Shown here: positions 1 through 10,332 of the stretch, in pieces
Numbering within the stretch: position 1 is the stretch's first letter
Layout: each line of letters opens with the position of its first letter
Origin: Candidatus Brocadiia bacterium
GTDB lineage: Bacteria; Planctomycetota; Brocadiia; SM23-32
Direction: 5' to 3'
Assembly: GCA_046538485.1 (NCBI GenBank)
Contig: JBKHIT010000061.1
Span: 1 to 29,322, forward strand
Length of the DNA stretch: 29,322 nucleotides
The notes under the pieces: model-generated
The model's database searches: none
The model's input: only the letters and a program-made list of their open reading frames with translations
Told to the model about the DNA's origin: nothing
Translations under genes and position numbers: made by a program

Positions 1-2
1 TG

Positions 3-107
3 GATTTTAAAAGAAATACTGGAAATAGAAAGATAGATGAGGTGAGTTGGGCAGGCAACGTGCCGGGGAACATCGAAAAGTTCAGAAAGATTGCCGAGGT
101 AAAGTAA
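3..107 (+). CDS. possible 3' end of an upstream gene (partial)
   Basis: Frame is open from the window edge (DFKRNTGNRKIDEVSWAGNVPGNIEKFRKIAEVK) to TAA 105-107, 1 nt before the next ATG; no recognisable motif. Confidence 0.3.
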   Translation, partial: DFKRNTGNRKIDEVSWAGNVPGNIEKFRKIAEVK

Positions 108-108
108 A

Positions 109-513
109 ATGGGGAAACTTGAGGACCGGCTCAGACGGGGGCCCCTATTTATCACCTTAATATATCTGTGTTTGGGATTTGCGTGGATACTTCTGAGTGA
201 CCGTTTTGCGGAACAGTTTGCGGTGGGCGAAAGAGCCCTTTCTTTTCTGCAATCGGTTAAAGGTTTTCTGTATGTGGTCGGGACGGGACTGATTCTTTAT
301 CTTCTTCTTCGGAGTTGGCGAAGTCAACTCGAGAATGCGACACTCGAAAACCGGCGGGCCAACCGTTCGCTTCGGATGCTGACCGATTGCAATCAAGCTT
401 TAATGCGAGCTGAAGAATCGGGGGAACTTGTACAAGATCTTTGCCGGATTATCAGCGAAATCGGGAGATATGAGGCCGTCTGGGCGGCAGAGGTGAAAAA
501 GGAGAAGAGGTGA
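109..513 (+). CDS. N-terminal part of a hybrid sensor kinase (2 TM helices, coiled coil, start of GAF domain), cut by an apparent frameshift
   Basis: GAGGT RBS at 96-100; two hydrophobic segments; 'RANRSLRMLTDCNQALMRAEESGELVQDLCRII..GRYEAVW' is a typical GAF entry that continues in the -1 frame. Confidence 0.7.
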   Translation: MGKLEDRLRRGPLFITLIYLCLGFAWILLSDRFAEQFAVGERALSFLQSVKGFLYVVGTGLILYLLLRSWRSQLENATLENRRANRSLRMLTDCNQALMRAEESGELVQDLCRIISEIGRYEAVWAAEVKKEKR

Positions 514-2423
514 GAATCAAAACCGTTGCTCAGTCGGGTCTTCAGGACATCGGCAACGAAAAGCTCAATGTTTCCGTCGACAGCGAAAGTGATGTCCGCC
601 AGGTTTTTGAGTCTTCGGATCGAGAATTGCCAAAATCTCTTCTGGAAATGGCGGATCCTGAATTTGCGGAAGAAATCGCCCGTCAAATCGGATCCAAAGC
701 GGTTGTCTCCCTGATCTACAGAAGTGAAAACAAAAAGGTGGACATACTCAGCGTCTATGCGAAGTCCCCGGATCGATTTACATCCCGGGAGATGAATCTT
801 CTGAAAGAGATGAGCGCGGATCTGGAGTTCGGACTTCGCTCTCTTGAAGACCGAAAAGAGCGCGAGCGGGTAGAGAGGGCCCTGCGAGAATCCGAGCAGC
901 AGAAGAGCGCCATCCTGGATACTATGTCGGAACTCGTGGTCTACCAGAAACCTTCAGGCGAGATCGTCTGGTCCAATCAAGCCGCCCGGGAATCCGTCGG
1001 GATGGCGGCCGAACAAATGGTGGGCAAGCGCTGTTACGAAGTCTGGCACGGACGCGACGAACGGTGTCCCCTCTGCCCGGTTCCTGCGGCCCGGCGCACA
1101 GGAGATTCTGTTTCGAAAGAGGTTGAGACGCCGGACGGACGCACGTGGCTCATCAGTGTTGATCCCCTCACGGATCACTCAGGAGCGATCACGGGTTTTG
1201 TGGAAGTCACAAGCGAGATAACGGAGCGGAAAAAAGCGCGAGAAGAACTGAAACGAACAAACAGACGGCTGCAACGGGCAATGGAAGAATTACAGGATGC
1301 CCAGCAACGTATGATACAGAAGGAAAGACTCCAGGCTATCGGGGAAATGGCAAGCGGTGTCGCTCACGATTTCAACAATGCCCTGACTCAGATACTTGGG
1401 TTTACAGAATTGCTTCTGGAAAGTCCCGATACACTCAGGGATACCGAGAAAGCGCGGCGCGACCTGGAACTCATTCGTTCGGCAGCCCTCCACGCAAGCG
1501 ATGTGGTTCGGCGAATGCGGGAATTTCATCACGAAACCGAGGAACATCACGTCTCCGAGCCGGTTGACATCACCAGGGTCTTAAAAAACGCCGTTTCGTT
1601 CACAAAACCCCGTTGGGAAGATCAGGCGCAGGCCAAAGGCGCCCGTATTGAACTCCGGACCGATCTTAAAGACGTGCCGATGGTTTCGGGTAACGAAGTG
1701 GAGTTGCAGGAAGTTGTTACAAATCTCCTCGTCAATGCCATCGATGCGATGCCCGGCGGCGGTACTATCGGTGTTCTTACTGAATCCGACTCCGATGAGG
1801 TTCATCTGGAAGTCTCAGATACGGGTGAGGGGATGTCCAGTGAGGTGCAGGAGCACTGTTTCGATCCGTTTTTCTCCACAAAAAGCGAACACGGAAGCGG
1901 AATGGGACTGTCGATTGTCAAACGGGTTGTGAAAGATCACCAGGGCCGCGTGACAATACAGAGTGCCCGAGGAGAAGGTACTACAGTGCGAATCAGCTTG
2001 CCCCTGCCCAAAGATGCGGAACAGGCAGGAATTATGAAGGAAAAATCACCGGAAATCGACCGGTCTCTGCGTATTCTCGTTGTTGAAGATAGCGACCAAA
2101 CGCGGGAAATTCTCTCCACATTCCTGCGTTCCGACGGCCACCAGGTCGAAATGGCAGCAGATGGCGAACAAGCCCTGGAGTACTACGAAAATGGCAACTA
2201 CGATGTGGTTATTACCGATCTGGCTATGCCCCGCATGAGCGGTGATCAGCTGGTGGACGAAATCAGAGATATGGATGATGAAATTCCGGTTCTCATGTTG
2301 ACCGGTTTCGGCCATACAATGTCCGTGGAAGGGGATGCACCCGAAGGGGTCGATTGCGTCATCCCTAAACCGGTTACCCGGGAGACGCTCCGTAATGCCG
2401 TTGCGCGAGCGGTTTCCGAATAG
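510..2423 (+). CDS. hybrid sensor histidine kinase/response regulator (rest of GAF, PAS, HisKA, HATPase_c, REC)
   Basis: H-box GVAHDFNN, N-box NLLVNAIDAM, G1 DTGEGM, F-box FDPFFSTK, G2 GSGMGL, receiver ILVVED...TDLAMP...LTG...KP. Confidence 0.92.
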   Translation: MRIKTVAQSGLQDIGNEKLNVSVDSESDVRQVFESSDRELPKSLLEMADPEFAEEIARQIGSKAVVSLIYRSENKKVDILSVYAKSPDRFTSREMNLLKEMSADLEFGLRSLEDRKERERVERALRESEQQKSAILDTMSELVVYQKPSGEIVWSNQAARESVGMAAEQMVGKRCYEVWHGRDERCPLCPVPAARRTGDSVSKEVETPDGRTWLISVDPLTDHSGAITGFVEVTSEITERKKAREELKRTNRRLQRAMEELQDAQQRMIQKERLQAIGEMASGVAHDFNNALTQILGFTELLLESPDTLRDTEKARRDLELIRSAALHASDVVRRMREFHHETEEHHVSEPVDITRVLKNAVSFTKPRWEDQAQAKGARIELRTDLKDVPMVSGNEVELQEVVTNLLVNAIDAMPGGGTIGVLTESDSDEVHLEVSDTGEGMSSEVQEHCFDPFFSTKSEHGSGMGLSIVKRVVKDHQGRVTIQSARGEGTTVRISLPLPKDAEQAGIMKEKSPEIDRSLRILVVEDSDQTREILSTFLRSDGHQVEMAADGEQALEYYENGNYDVVITDLAMPRMSGDQLVDEIRDMDDEIPVLMLTGFGHTMSVEGDAPEGVDCVIPKPVTRETLRNAVARAVSE

Positions 2424-2441
2424 GAAAGGCCCCGGGCTGTT

Positions 2442-3836
2442 TTACCAATCAGGATTCCGCTCCGGAATTTGCGCTTCAATCGAATCCCGCCAATCCTTCA
2501 ACATTCCATGCATTCTTTCCACGCGTTCGGGCTGAAGTTCGGCGATATTGTGCTCTTCGCTGATATCCTCGCGGAGGTTGTAAAGTTCGAGATGTCCGTC
2601 TTCGAAGAATTCGATCAGTTTGTAATCGCCTGAGCGGATGCTCGAGCCGGGTGTTCCTCCCTGGTTCCCGTAGTGTGGGTAATGCCAGAAGATGGCTTCC
2701 CGGTCGATCGATCTGGCACCTTTCAGCAAAGGCACAAGGCTGATGCCGTCGGTGTGCTGTTCGGGCAAGGGGCCAAGCCCGGCCATCTCGAGGAGGGTCG
2801 GGTAAAAATCGGGGCTTGTAACAGGTTCGCAGCAGACGGAACCGGGTTCGGTAACTCCAGGCCATTTGACGATGAGTGGTTCCCGGACTCCGCCTTCGTA
2901 CATCCAACCTTTACCTTCGGCCAGCGGGCTGTTGCAGGTGGGCGACCCTTCGGCGGTGGCCAGACCGCCATTGTCGGATGTGAAAACAACGACCGTGTTG
3001 TTTTCTTCGCCTTCGTCTTTTATAGCTTCCATAAGATGCCCGATGTTTTCGTCGAGACTTTGAATCATCGCGGCGTAATCGGGATCCGACTGGACGAGAC
3101 GCCGTTTGATCTGCCGGTCCTTTTTGCCTTCGATAGGGAACGGACCGTCAACCTCGAAGGTCTTGACAGTGTCGAGGCCCAATTCCTTGACCTTCTTTTC
3201 GTATCGTTCGACCAGTGCCTTTTTCGCCTGGATGGGACCATGGACGCAATAATAGCACATGTTGAGATAGAACGGTCGCTCGTCATTTTCTCTGATCAGG
3301 CGAATGGCCTCATCGGTAAGGTGGTCGGGCAGGTATTTGCCTTCTTCTGCGTTTTCCATCGTCGGGTTGTTCCAGGGGCTGAAATATCCGTTTGTGGGCA
3401 GACCCCACTCACAGCCGCCGATATTTTCTTCGAACCCGTGTTTGTCAGGATAATAATCCTCTTTGCCAAGATGCCATTTGCCGAGGTGCCACGTGGCATA
3501 TCCCGCTTCATTGAGAGTTGCAGCGAGGCTTTTCTCCCCGCTCGGAAGATGGTCGATGTAAGGCGCGTCAACCAGGACACCCCGTCGTGGATGGCAGAAA
3601 CCACCCCAATCGATCCAGTCTGTAACTCCTACTGTGGCCGGGTATTTTCCGCTGAGAATGCTGGCCCGGGTGGGCGAGCAAACGGGGCAGGCGGCGTAGC
3701 CATCGGTAAACTTCATCCCCTCTCCTGCGATTTGATCGATGTTCGGGGTCTCGTAGAAGGTGCTTCCGTAACATCCGATATCTTTCCATCCCATATCATC
3801 AATCAGGATGAAGACAAAATTTGGCGGTTTTGGCAT
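2442..3836 (-). CDS. sulfatase (Cys-type, formylglycine-dependent S1 family)
   Basis: Start MPKPPNFVFILIDDMG with RBS GGAAAGGA; CSPTRASILSG signature, GKWHLG, SDNGG motifs; no signal peptide. Confidence 0.93.
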   Translation of the reverse strand: MPKPPNFVFILIDDMGWKDIGCYGSTFYETPNIDQIAGEGMKFTDGYAACPVCSPTRASILSGKYPATVGVTDWIDWGGFCHPRRGVLVDAPYIDHLPSGEKSLAATLNEAGYATWHLGKWHLGKEDYYPDKHGFEENIGGCEWGLPTNGYFSPWNNPTMENAEEGKYLPDHLTDEAIRLIRENDERPFYLNMCYYCVHGPIQAKKALVERYEKKVKELGLDTVKTFEVDGPFPIEGKKDRQIKRRLVQSDPDYAAMIQSLDENIGHLMEAIKDEGEENNTVVVFTSDNGGLATAEGSPTCNSPLAEGKGWMYEGGVREPLIVKWPGVTEPGSVCCEPVTSPDFYPTLLEMAGLGPLPEQHTDGISLVPLLKGARSIDREAIFWHYPHYGNQGGTPGSSIRSGDYKLIEFFEDGHLELYNLREDISEEHNIAELQPERVERMHGMLKDWRDSIEAQIPERNPDW

Positions 3837-3897
3837 GAGACGTCCTTTCCAGCTCGTGAAAATTCTGAGGCGCAGATTGCGGACCGTGAGCCTGCCT

Positions 3898-3926
3898 AAA
3901 ATACATTGGTGCCGGGATAGCGTCAA
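3898..3926 (-). promoter_or_regulatory. putative sigma70 promoter of the sulfatase
   Basis: Minus strand TTGACG-17 nt-TATTTT, ~60 nt upstream of ATG 3836. Confidence 0.4.
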
Positions 3927-3981
3927 ACCGGGAAGGACGGAAGGGATTTTCGCGTTGGAGCAGGGGAGAACGCCAATGGGT

Positions 3982-4015
3982 TGTAGGTCCGCCTCGCCGA
4001 GGTGGACCTGCCGTT
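3982..4015 (+). repeat. GTAG-type REP-like palindrome (module 1)
   Basis: TGTAGGTCCGCCTCGCCGAGGTGGACCTGCCGTT; near-identical copies at 23532-23565 and 28432-28465. Confidence 0.8.
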
Positions 4016-4045
4016 TGACGAGTTTGTTGAACGCGATTGTGTAAT

Positions 4046-7000
4046 TCACTCCCCGGTGATTTCATGCAAGGCATCGGGGGCAACATCTTCGGGGAGTTTT
4101 TCGGTGACTGCGTGGATGTCCTGCAGGCACCGGACTTCCAGCTCGCCGGTCCGCAGAGCCTGCACGGCTTCGGCAGCAGCACGAGCGGCAGCGATAGTAG
4201 TGATCAACGGTAATTTGCGCTTGACGGCCTCTCCGCGGATGAAGATTTCATCGTGGCGCGGAACCGGGCCACTCGGCGTGTTGATCAAGAGGCCCACGTC
4301 ACGGCTTTTTATGAAATCGATGATATTCGGTCGGCCCTCGGAAAGTTTTGGTACTTGAGTAGTTTCTACGCCTGCGTTCTGTAGCGCTGCGGCGGTACCG
4401 GAGGTTGCGATCACCTCCAACCCCATCTCGGAGAACTGCCGTGCAACCGGCAAGACGGCTTCTTTGTCAGCGTCTTTGACGCTGATGAATACCTTTCCTT
4501 CGACCGGCAGAGTTTGGCCGGCTGCGATTTGGCTTTTGGCAAATGCACCTCCGAAAGTGTCGTCGACCCCCATACATTCGCCCGTGGATTTCATCTCGGG
4601 TCCGAGGACCGGATCGACTCCGGGGAACCGATCGAATGGCAGAACTGACTCTTTGACGGCGTAGAATTTCGGTTTTGGGTCTGCGGTTACGCCTTGTTCC
4701 TTGAGACTCACCCCGACCATGACTTTGGACGCTATCATTGCCATGGGGAGCCCGGTAGCTTTGGAGACAAAGGGAACGGTTCGGGATGCCCGGGGATTGA
4801 TCTCCAACACGTAGATCTCGTCATCTTTGACGGCATACTGAATGTTCATCAGCCCCACGACTTCGAGTTCCAACGCCAGTTTTCGGGTTTGTTCGCGAAT
4901 ACGCTCGATTATTTCCTCTTCGAGCGAGAACGGCGGTAGCACCATGGCGCTATCTCCGCTGTGCACGCCGGCCTGCTCGATATGTTCCATCACACCTGCA
5001 ACCACAACGTTTTCCCCGTCGCTGACGGCATCGACATCGACCTCGATTGCATCGTCCAGGAATTTGTCGATCAGGATGGGGCGGTCGGGCGCGGCCAGAA
5101 GAGCTTCGTTTACCATCCGTTCCAAATCTTCTTCTTTCCAGGCGATTACCATGGCACGCCCCCCCAGCACGTAGGAAGGGCGTATAAGGACCGGGTAGCC
5201 GAGTTCCCCGGCGATTTTATGGGCCTGTTTGTAGGACGTGGCTGTATCACTCGGAGCCTGCTGAAGGCCCAGTTTCTGGATGAGTTCGCGGAACAGTTTG
5301 CGGTCTTCCGCGCGGTCAATGGCCGCCGGACTCGTTCCGAAGATGTTCACACCGGCTTTGGCCAGCGGCACAGCGAGGTTCAACGGAGTCTGTCCGCCGA
5401 GTTGGACTACAATCCCTTCCGGTTCCTCGCGTTCGGCGATATTCAAAACATCCTCGTAGGTCAGAGGCTCGAAATATAAGCGATTCGAGATATCATAATC
5501 TGTCGAGACAGTTTCGGGGTTCGAATTGACCATTATGGTCTCATACCCAAGTTCCCGGAGGGCGAGTGAAGCATGCACACAGCAATAGTCAAATTCCAGC
5601 CCCTGCCCGATTCGGTTCGGCCCACCTCCCACGATAAGCGCTTTGGGTTTATCACTGGAGCGGCTTTCATCTTCGGTCCCATAGGACGAATAAAAGTACG
5701 GAGTATAGGCTTCGAATTCTGCGGCGCAGGTGTCCACGAGTTTGTAGACAGGAGTAATCCCGGCTTCTTTGCGTTTCTGTCGGATATCAACCGGTTCCGC
5801 CCCGATCAGCGACGCAATTTGGGCGTCGGAAAAACCCCTTCGTTTCGCGTGGGCGAGCTGGCGGTCGCTCAATTCTTCCTCGGATGCATGCGAGGCGAGC
5901 CGGCGTTCTTCGGTAACGATTTCTTCCACATTATGAATGAACCAGGGATCGATCCGGGTGAGTTCCGCGATTTCCTCGGGTGTCATGCCTTTTTTCAGTG
6001 CATATTTGATGTAGAACATGCGCATCGGATTCGGGCGTTTGAGGTTTTCGCGCACCGCTTCATGATCGATCTTGCGTTCTCCGATCGTATCAAGTCCACT
6101 CAGACCAATTTCGAGTCCACGTAGCCCTTTTTGAAGCGATTCTTTGAACGTGCGTCCGATGGCCATGGTTTCGCCGACGGATTTCATGGAGACCGTCAGA
6201 TCATCGTCGCAGCCCGGGAATTTTTCGAAGGTGAAACGCGGAATCTTCGTGACGCAATAATCGATCGTTGGTTCAAAACAGGCCGGCGTCTCCTGGGTGA
6301 TATCATTTGGGATTTCATCGAGACTGTAACCGCAGGCCAGTTTCGCGGCGAATTTTGCGATCGGGAAACCGGTGGCTTTGCTGGCGAGGGCGGAGGAGCG
6401 GGAGACTCTGGGGTTCATCTCGATGGCAACCATCCGCCCGTCTTCCGGGTTGACGGCGAACTGGATGTTGGATCCTCCCGTTTCCACGCCGACCCGCCTG
6501 ATGATATCGATCGCATCGTCCCGCATGCTCTGATACTGTTTGTCGGTGAGGGTCTGGGCGGGGGCAACAGTTATGGAATCGCCGGTGTGGATACCCATCG
6601 GGTCAATATTTTCAATGGAACAGATGATGACGACGTTATCGTTGTGGTCGCGCATCACCTCGAGTTCGTATTCTTTCCACCCGATGACCGATTCCTCGAC
6701 AAGTATTTCGTCGATGATGCTGAGTTCGAGCCCGAGGGTGGCGGCATCTTCAAATTCCTCGGCGTTGTAGGCTATCGAAGCGCCGGTTCCTCCAAGGGTG
6801 AAACTGGGGCGGATGAGCAGAGGGAACCCGAATTCTTCGGCGGCCTCGCGGGCTCCTTCGAGATTATGGGCGGGGCGACTTTCGGGAATCGCCACTCCAA
6901 TTTCCTGCAGCGCAGTCCGGAACAGCTCCCTGTCCTCCGCGCATTGAATGGCATCGTAGTTCGCCCCAATCATCTCGACACCGTATTCCTCGAGGTATCC

Positions 7001-7315
7001 GGCTTCTGAGGCCTGGACGGCGACATTCAGGGCGGTCTGACCGCCGAGGGTGGCCAGAAGCGCATCTGGCTCCTCCCGCTTGAGGACCTTTTGAAGAACC
7101 TCCGCCGTTATGGGTTCGAGATATGTGCGGTCCGCCATAACGGGATCGGTCATGATGGTGGCGGGGTTGGAATTGAGGAGAATGACTTCGTAGCCTTCCT
7201 CGCGAATAGCTTTACATGCCTGAGTACCGGAATAGTCGAACTCACAGGCTTGTCCGATGATGATCGGTCCAGATCCAAGAATCAAAATCTTTTCAATGTC
7301 GGTTCTTTTCGGCAT
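4046..7315 (-). CDS. carB: carbamoyl-phosphate synthase large subunit
   Basis: [30 protein letters not shown]; duplicated ATP-grasp halves ([30 protein letters not shown]); C-terminal MGS-like domain. Confidence 0.98.
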   Translation of the reverse strand: MPKRTDIEKILILGSGPIIIGQACEFDYSGTQACKAIREEGYEVILLNSNPATIMTDPVMADRTYLEPITAEVLQKVLKREEPDALLATLGGQTALNVAVQASEAGYLEEYGVEMIGANYDAIQCAEDRELFRTALQEIGVAIPESRPAHNLEGAREAAEEFGFPLLIRPSFTLGGTGASIAYNAEEFEDAATLGLELSIIDEILVEESVIGWKEYELEVMRDHNDNVVIICSIENIDPMGIHTGDSITVAPAQTLTDKQYQSMRDDAIDIIRRVGVETGGSNIQFAVNPEDGRMVAIEMNPRVSRSSALASKATGFPIAKFAAKLACGYSLDEIPNDITQETPACFEPTIDYCVTKIPRFTFEKFPGCDDDLTVSMKSVGETMAIGRTFKESLQKGLRGLEIGLSGLDTIGERKIDHEAVRENLKRPNPMRMFYIKYALKKGMTPEEIAELTRIDPWFIHNVEEIVTEERRLASHASEEELSDRQLAHAKRRGFSDAQIASLIGAEPVDIRQKRKEAGITPVYKLVDTCAAEFEAYTPYFYSSYGTEDESRSSDKPKALIVGGGPNRIGQGLEFDYCCVHASLALRELGYETIMVNSNPETVSTDYDISNRLYFEPLTYEDVLNIAEREEPEGIVVQLGGQTPLNLAVPLAKAGVNIFGTSPAAIDRAEDRKLFRELIQKLGLQQAPSDTATSYKQAHKIAGELGYPVLIRPSYVLGGRAMVIAWKEEDLERMVNEALLAAPDRPILIDKFLDDAIEVDVDAVSDGENVVVAGVMEHIEQAGVHSGDSAMVLPPFSLEEEIIERIREQTRKLALELEVVGLMNIQYAVKDDEIYVLEINPRASRTVPFVSKATGLPMAMIASKVMVGVSLKEQGVTADPKPKFYAVKESVLPFDRFPGVDPVLGPEMKSTGECMGVDDTFGGAFAKSQIAAGQTLPVEGKVFISVKDADKEAVLPVARQFSEMGLEVIATSGTAAALQNAGVETTQVPKLSEGRPNIIDFIKSRDVGLLINTPSGPVPRHDEIFIRGEAVKRKLPLITTIAAARAAAEAVQALRTGELEVRCLQDIHAVTEKLPEDVAPDALHEITGE

Positions 7316-7321
7316 AGTTCC

Positions 7322-8080
7322 TCAAAGTCTGACGTGAACATTTCTTTGAGCGAGGTACGACTTGACCTCGCTGACACTGTATTCTCCGTAGTGGAATATC
7401 GATGCTGCGAGAGCGGCGTCGGCCTGACCTTCTGTGAGCACTTTGAAAATATGTTCTGGTCCCCCGGCGCCGCCGGAGGCGATCACAGGGATCTCAACGG
7501 CTTCTGAGATAGCGGCGTTGAGCTCGATATCATATCCCGTTGTTTGTCCATCTGAATCGATGGATGTCAACAAAATTTCGCCGGCTCCGTATTCTTCCAC
7601 GTGGCGCGCCCAATCGACCGCCTTGTGCTCAGTCGGGGTCCGGCCGGATTCAACATAGACCTCCCAGCCGCCGTCGTCGGAGCGTTGTGCATCGATTGCT
7701 ACAACAATGCACTGACAGCCGAAACTTCGGGAGGATTTTTCGATCAGTTCGGGGCTGCGCACGGCGGCCGTATTGATTGAAACTTTGTCGGCGCCGGCGC
7801 TCAGCAGCTGGTTGATGTGTTGTTCGCTGCTGATTCCACCACCGACCGTGAAGGGAATGGAAATACACTCTGCGATCCGGGTAACCAGCCCGCGAATCGT
7901 CTCGCGGGCCTGGAGGGTAGCCGTGATATCGAGAAAAACGAGTTCATCAGCGCCTTCTTTGCTGTAGGTCGCCGCGCACTCCACCGGATCACCTGCGTCA
8001 CGCAGCTGTCCGAACGAGATACCTTTCACAACCCGGCCGTTTTTGACGTCGAGACAGGGGATGATACGTTTGGCTAACAC
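7322..8080 (-). CDS. hisF: imidazole glycerol phosphate synthase cyclase subunit
   Basis: [61 protein letters not shown]. Confidence 0.97.
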   Translation of the reverse strand: MLAKRIIPCLDVKNGRVVKGISFGQLRDAGDPVECAATYSKEGADELVFLDITATLQARETIRGLVTRIAECISIPFTVGGGISSEQHINQLLSAGADKVSINTAAVRSPELIEKSSRSFGCQCIVVAIDAQRSDDGGWEVYVESGRTPTEHKAVDWARHVEEYGAGEILLTSIDSDGQTTGYDIELNAAISEAVEIPVIASGGAGGPEHIFKVLTEGQADAALAASIFHYGEYSVSEVKSYLAQRNVHVRL

Positions 8081-8083
8081 AAA

Positions 8084-8695
8084 TCAGTCCTCTTCACAGA
8101 GGCAGCAAAAATTCGAAAGCATTTTCAGTCCGACGGCGCCGCTTTTTTCGGGGTGAAACTGGGTACCAAAAACATTGTCCCGGCTGGCCACCGAAGTGAA
8201 CGTCCGTCCGTAATCAGTAGACCCCACACTGACTTCTGATTCAGCCGGCAAAGTGTAGTAGGAATGCGCGAAATAGAAAAACTCGCCGGATTCAATATCC
8301 TCAAAAAGAGAGCAGGCGGCGGTCTGGTCGACCTGATTCCAGCCCATATGCGGGACTTTCAGTCCGCGCTCAAACCGCACAACCTGGCCCGGCAGCAGAT
8401 TCAGACCCCCATGGCGACCGTGTTCTTCGCTTTCGGAGAACAACAGTTGGTGCCCGAGGCAGATCCCGAGCAACGGCCGCCCGGAATCGGCGAACTGACA
8501 GACGACATCGTCGAGTCCCCTCTCCCGCAACTGGTCCATGGCGGGAGCAAAAGCGCCGACGCCGGGCAGTATCAAACCGTCTGCGCCCTGCAGCAGTGAA
8601 GGATTATCGGTCAACTCGGCATCCCGCTGCAATCGTCTCAGGGCAAAAAGCACACTGCGGATGTTCCCCACATCATAATCGACCACCGCGATCAT
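8084..8695 (-). CDS. hisH: imidazole glycerol phosphate synthase glutaminase subunit
   Basis: [27 protein letters not shown] (catalytic Cys), [14 protein letters not shown]. Confidence 0.96.
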   Translation of the reverse strand: MIAVVDYDVGNIRSVLFALRRLQRDAELTDNPSLLQGADGLILPGVGAFAPAMDQLRERGLDDVVCQFADSGRPLLGICLGHQLLFSESEEHGRHGGLNLLPGQVVRFERGLKVPHMGWNQVDQTAACSLFEDIESGEFFYFAHSYYTLPAESEVSVGSTDYGRTFTSVASRDNVFGTQFHPEKSGAVGLKMLSNFCCLCEED

Positions 8696-10299
8696 CTCTC
8701 GCTGCTCCTTTCGCCTGCGGCCCGGACAAAATCCCGGAACAGAGGGTGGGGATTTGTTGGGTAAGACTTGAATTCAGGATGGAACTGGGTCGCCAAGAAC
8801 CAGGGATGGTCTTCCAATTCCAGAATTTCGACGAGATCCAGCTCGGGGTTTATTCCGCTGAAGACCATTCCGTTTTCTTTGAAGATTTGCCGGTAGTTGT
8901 TGTTGAATTCATAGCGATGTCTGTGCCGTTCTTGAACCTCTTCGGCCTGGTAAGCCTCACCGGCACATGTGCCGGGCTGGAGTGTACAGGGCTGTGCGCC
9001 AAGACGCATCGATGCGCCTTTTTGAGTGACCTCCTTCTGTTCTTCCAGCAGACATATGATTCTATGTTCTGTGTTTCCGTTAATTTCGGTGGTGTCGGCG
9101 CCTTCCAGTCCGCAGACGTTCCGTGCAAATTCAATGGCGGCGCATTGCAGGCCCAGACATAAGCCAAGAAAGGGGATATTGTTTTCCCGGGCGTATTTTA
9201 CCGCTTCAATTTTCCCTTCCACGCCGCGCGAGCCAAATCCGCCCGGCACCAGGATTCCGTCGGCGCCGCCGAGAGTGTCTTCGGGTCCGTTCTCCTGGAC
9301 GTCTTCGGAGAGAACTTTTCGGATATTTATTCTGGCTTCGTTGGCAGTACCGCCGTGTTTGAGGGCTTCATAAATCGATTTGTAGGCGTCCTGAAGCTCC
9401 CCATATTTGCCAACGACCGCCACCTCCACTTCCGATGTGGGGTTCAGCATCGTTTCGAGAATGTCCGGCCAGGGGCCCAGATCGAGTTCTTTGGCGGGCA
9501 GATCAAGTCTATCGATTATCAGTCGATCAAAACCTTCATCCAGAAATATGAATGGAACTTCGTAGATAGTCTGATCGACGTCCGGTTCCTCGATGACGGC
9601 TTTTTTCTCGACGTTACAAAAGAGGGAGATTTTGTCTTTTGCGGATGCGGTCAGCGGCTTTTCAGTCCGGCAGATGATGGCGTCCGGTTCGATCCCCAAT
9701 TCGCGAAGCTTTATGACCGAGTGTTGCGTTGGCTTGGTTTTAATCTCCTGCGCGGCCCGGATGTACGGTACAAGCGAAACATGGACATACATTGCGTTGT
9801 CACGGCCTTCATCAAGACGGATCTGGCGGATGGCTTCGAGAAAAGGCAGCCCTTCAATATCACCAACAGTTCCGCCGATTTCACTGATGACGACATCGAC
9901 TTCCGGTGAGACGAGGCGCCGCACGCAATCCTTGATCTCGTCTGTGACGTGGGGGATGAGCTGGATGGTCTGTCCAAGATAGTCGCCTTTTCTCTCTTTC
10001 GTCAGGACGGACCAATAAACCTGTCCGGACGTGAAATTGCAGTTCTTATGGGTGGGCTCGCCTGTGAACCGCTCGTAGTGGCCGAGATCGAGATCGGTTT
10101 CCTCACCGTCTTCGGTTACATAGACCTCTCCATGTTGGTAAGGATTCATCGTGCCCGGATCGACGTTCAGATATGGATCGAATTTTTGCAGTTTAATCCG
10201 GAGTCCCCAGGCTTTGAGAAGCATGCCGATCGAGGCGGCGGTAATCCCTTTCCCCAGCGAAGAGACGACACCGCCGGTGACGAAGATAAATTTTGTCAT
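8692..10299 (-). CDS. pyrG: CTP synthase
   Basis: [60 protein letters not shown]. Confidence 0.98.
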   Translation of the reverse strand: MTKFIFVTGGVVSSLGKGITAASIGMLLKAWGLRIKLQKFDPYLNVDPGTMNPYQHGEVYVTEDGEETDLDLGHYERFTGEPTHKNCNFTSGQVYWSVLTKERKGDYLGQTIQLIPHVTDEIKDCVRRLVSPEVDVVISEIGGTVGDIEGLPFLEAIRQIRLDEGRDNAMYVHVSLVPYIRAAQEIKTKPTQHSVIKLRELGIEPDAIICRTEKPLTASAKDKISLFCNVEKKAVIEEPDVDQTIYEVPFIFLDEGFDRLIIDRLDLPAKELDLGPWPDILETMLNPTSEVEVAVVGKYGELQDAYKSIYEALKHGGTANEARINIRKVLSEDVQENGPEDTLGGADGILVPGGFGSRGVEGKIEAVKYARENNIPFLGLCLGLQCAAIEFARNVCGLEGADTTEINGNTEHRIICLLEEQKEVTQKGASMRLGAQPCTLQPGTCAGEAYQAEEVQERHRHRYEFNNNYRQIFKENGMVFSGINPELDLVEILELEDHPWFLATQFHPEFKSYPTNPHPLFRDFVRAAGERSSER

Positions 10300-10332
10300 T
10301 TTTTGCGCTTTTAGTGACAGTAGTACGGGATT

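Noticed and set aside
2424..2443. Terminator between the convergent kinase and sulfatase genes
   Set aside because: Only a weak short stem (GCCC/GGGC) in an 18-nt gap; insufficient support.
2673..3899. 408-aa antisense ORF over sulfatase 1 (likewise 21596-22732 over sulfatase 2 and those over carB, carA and the gltB-like gene)
   Set aside because: Antisense shadows of well-supported genes with no recognisable motifs.
3837..4049. 70-aa N-terminal extension of sulfatase 1 overlapping the carB stop
   Set aside because: Runs through a REP hairpin and a putative promoter; a good RBS and the family-typical N-terminus are at 3836.
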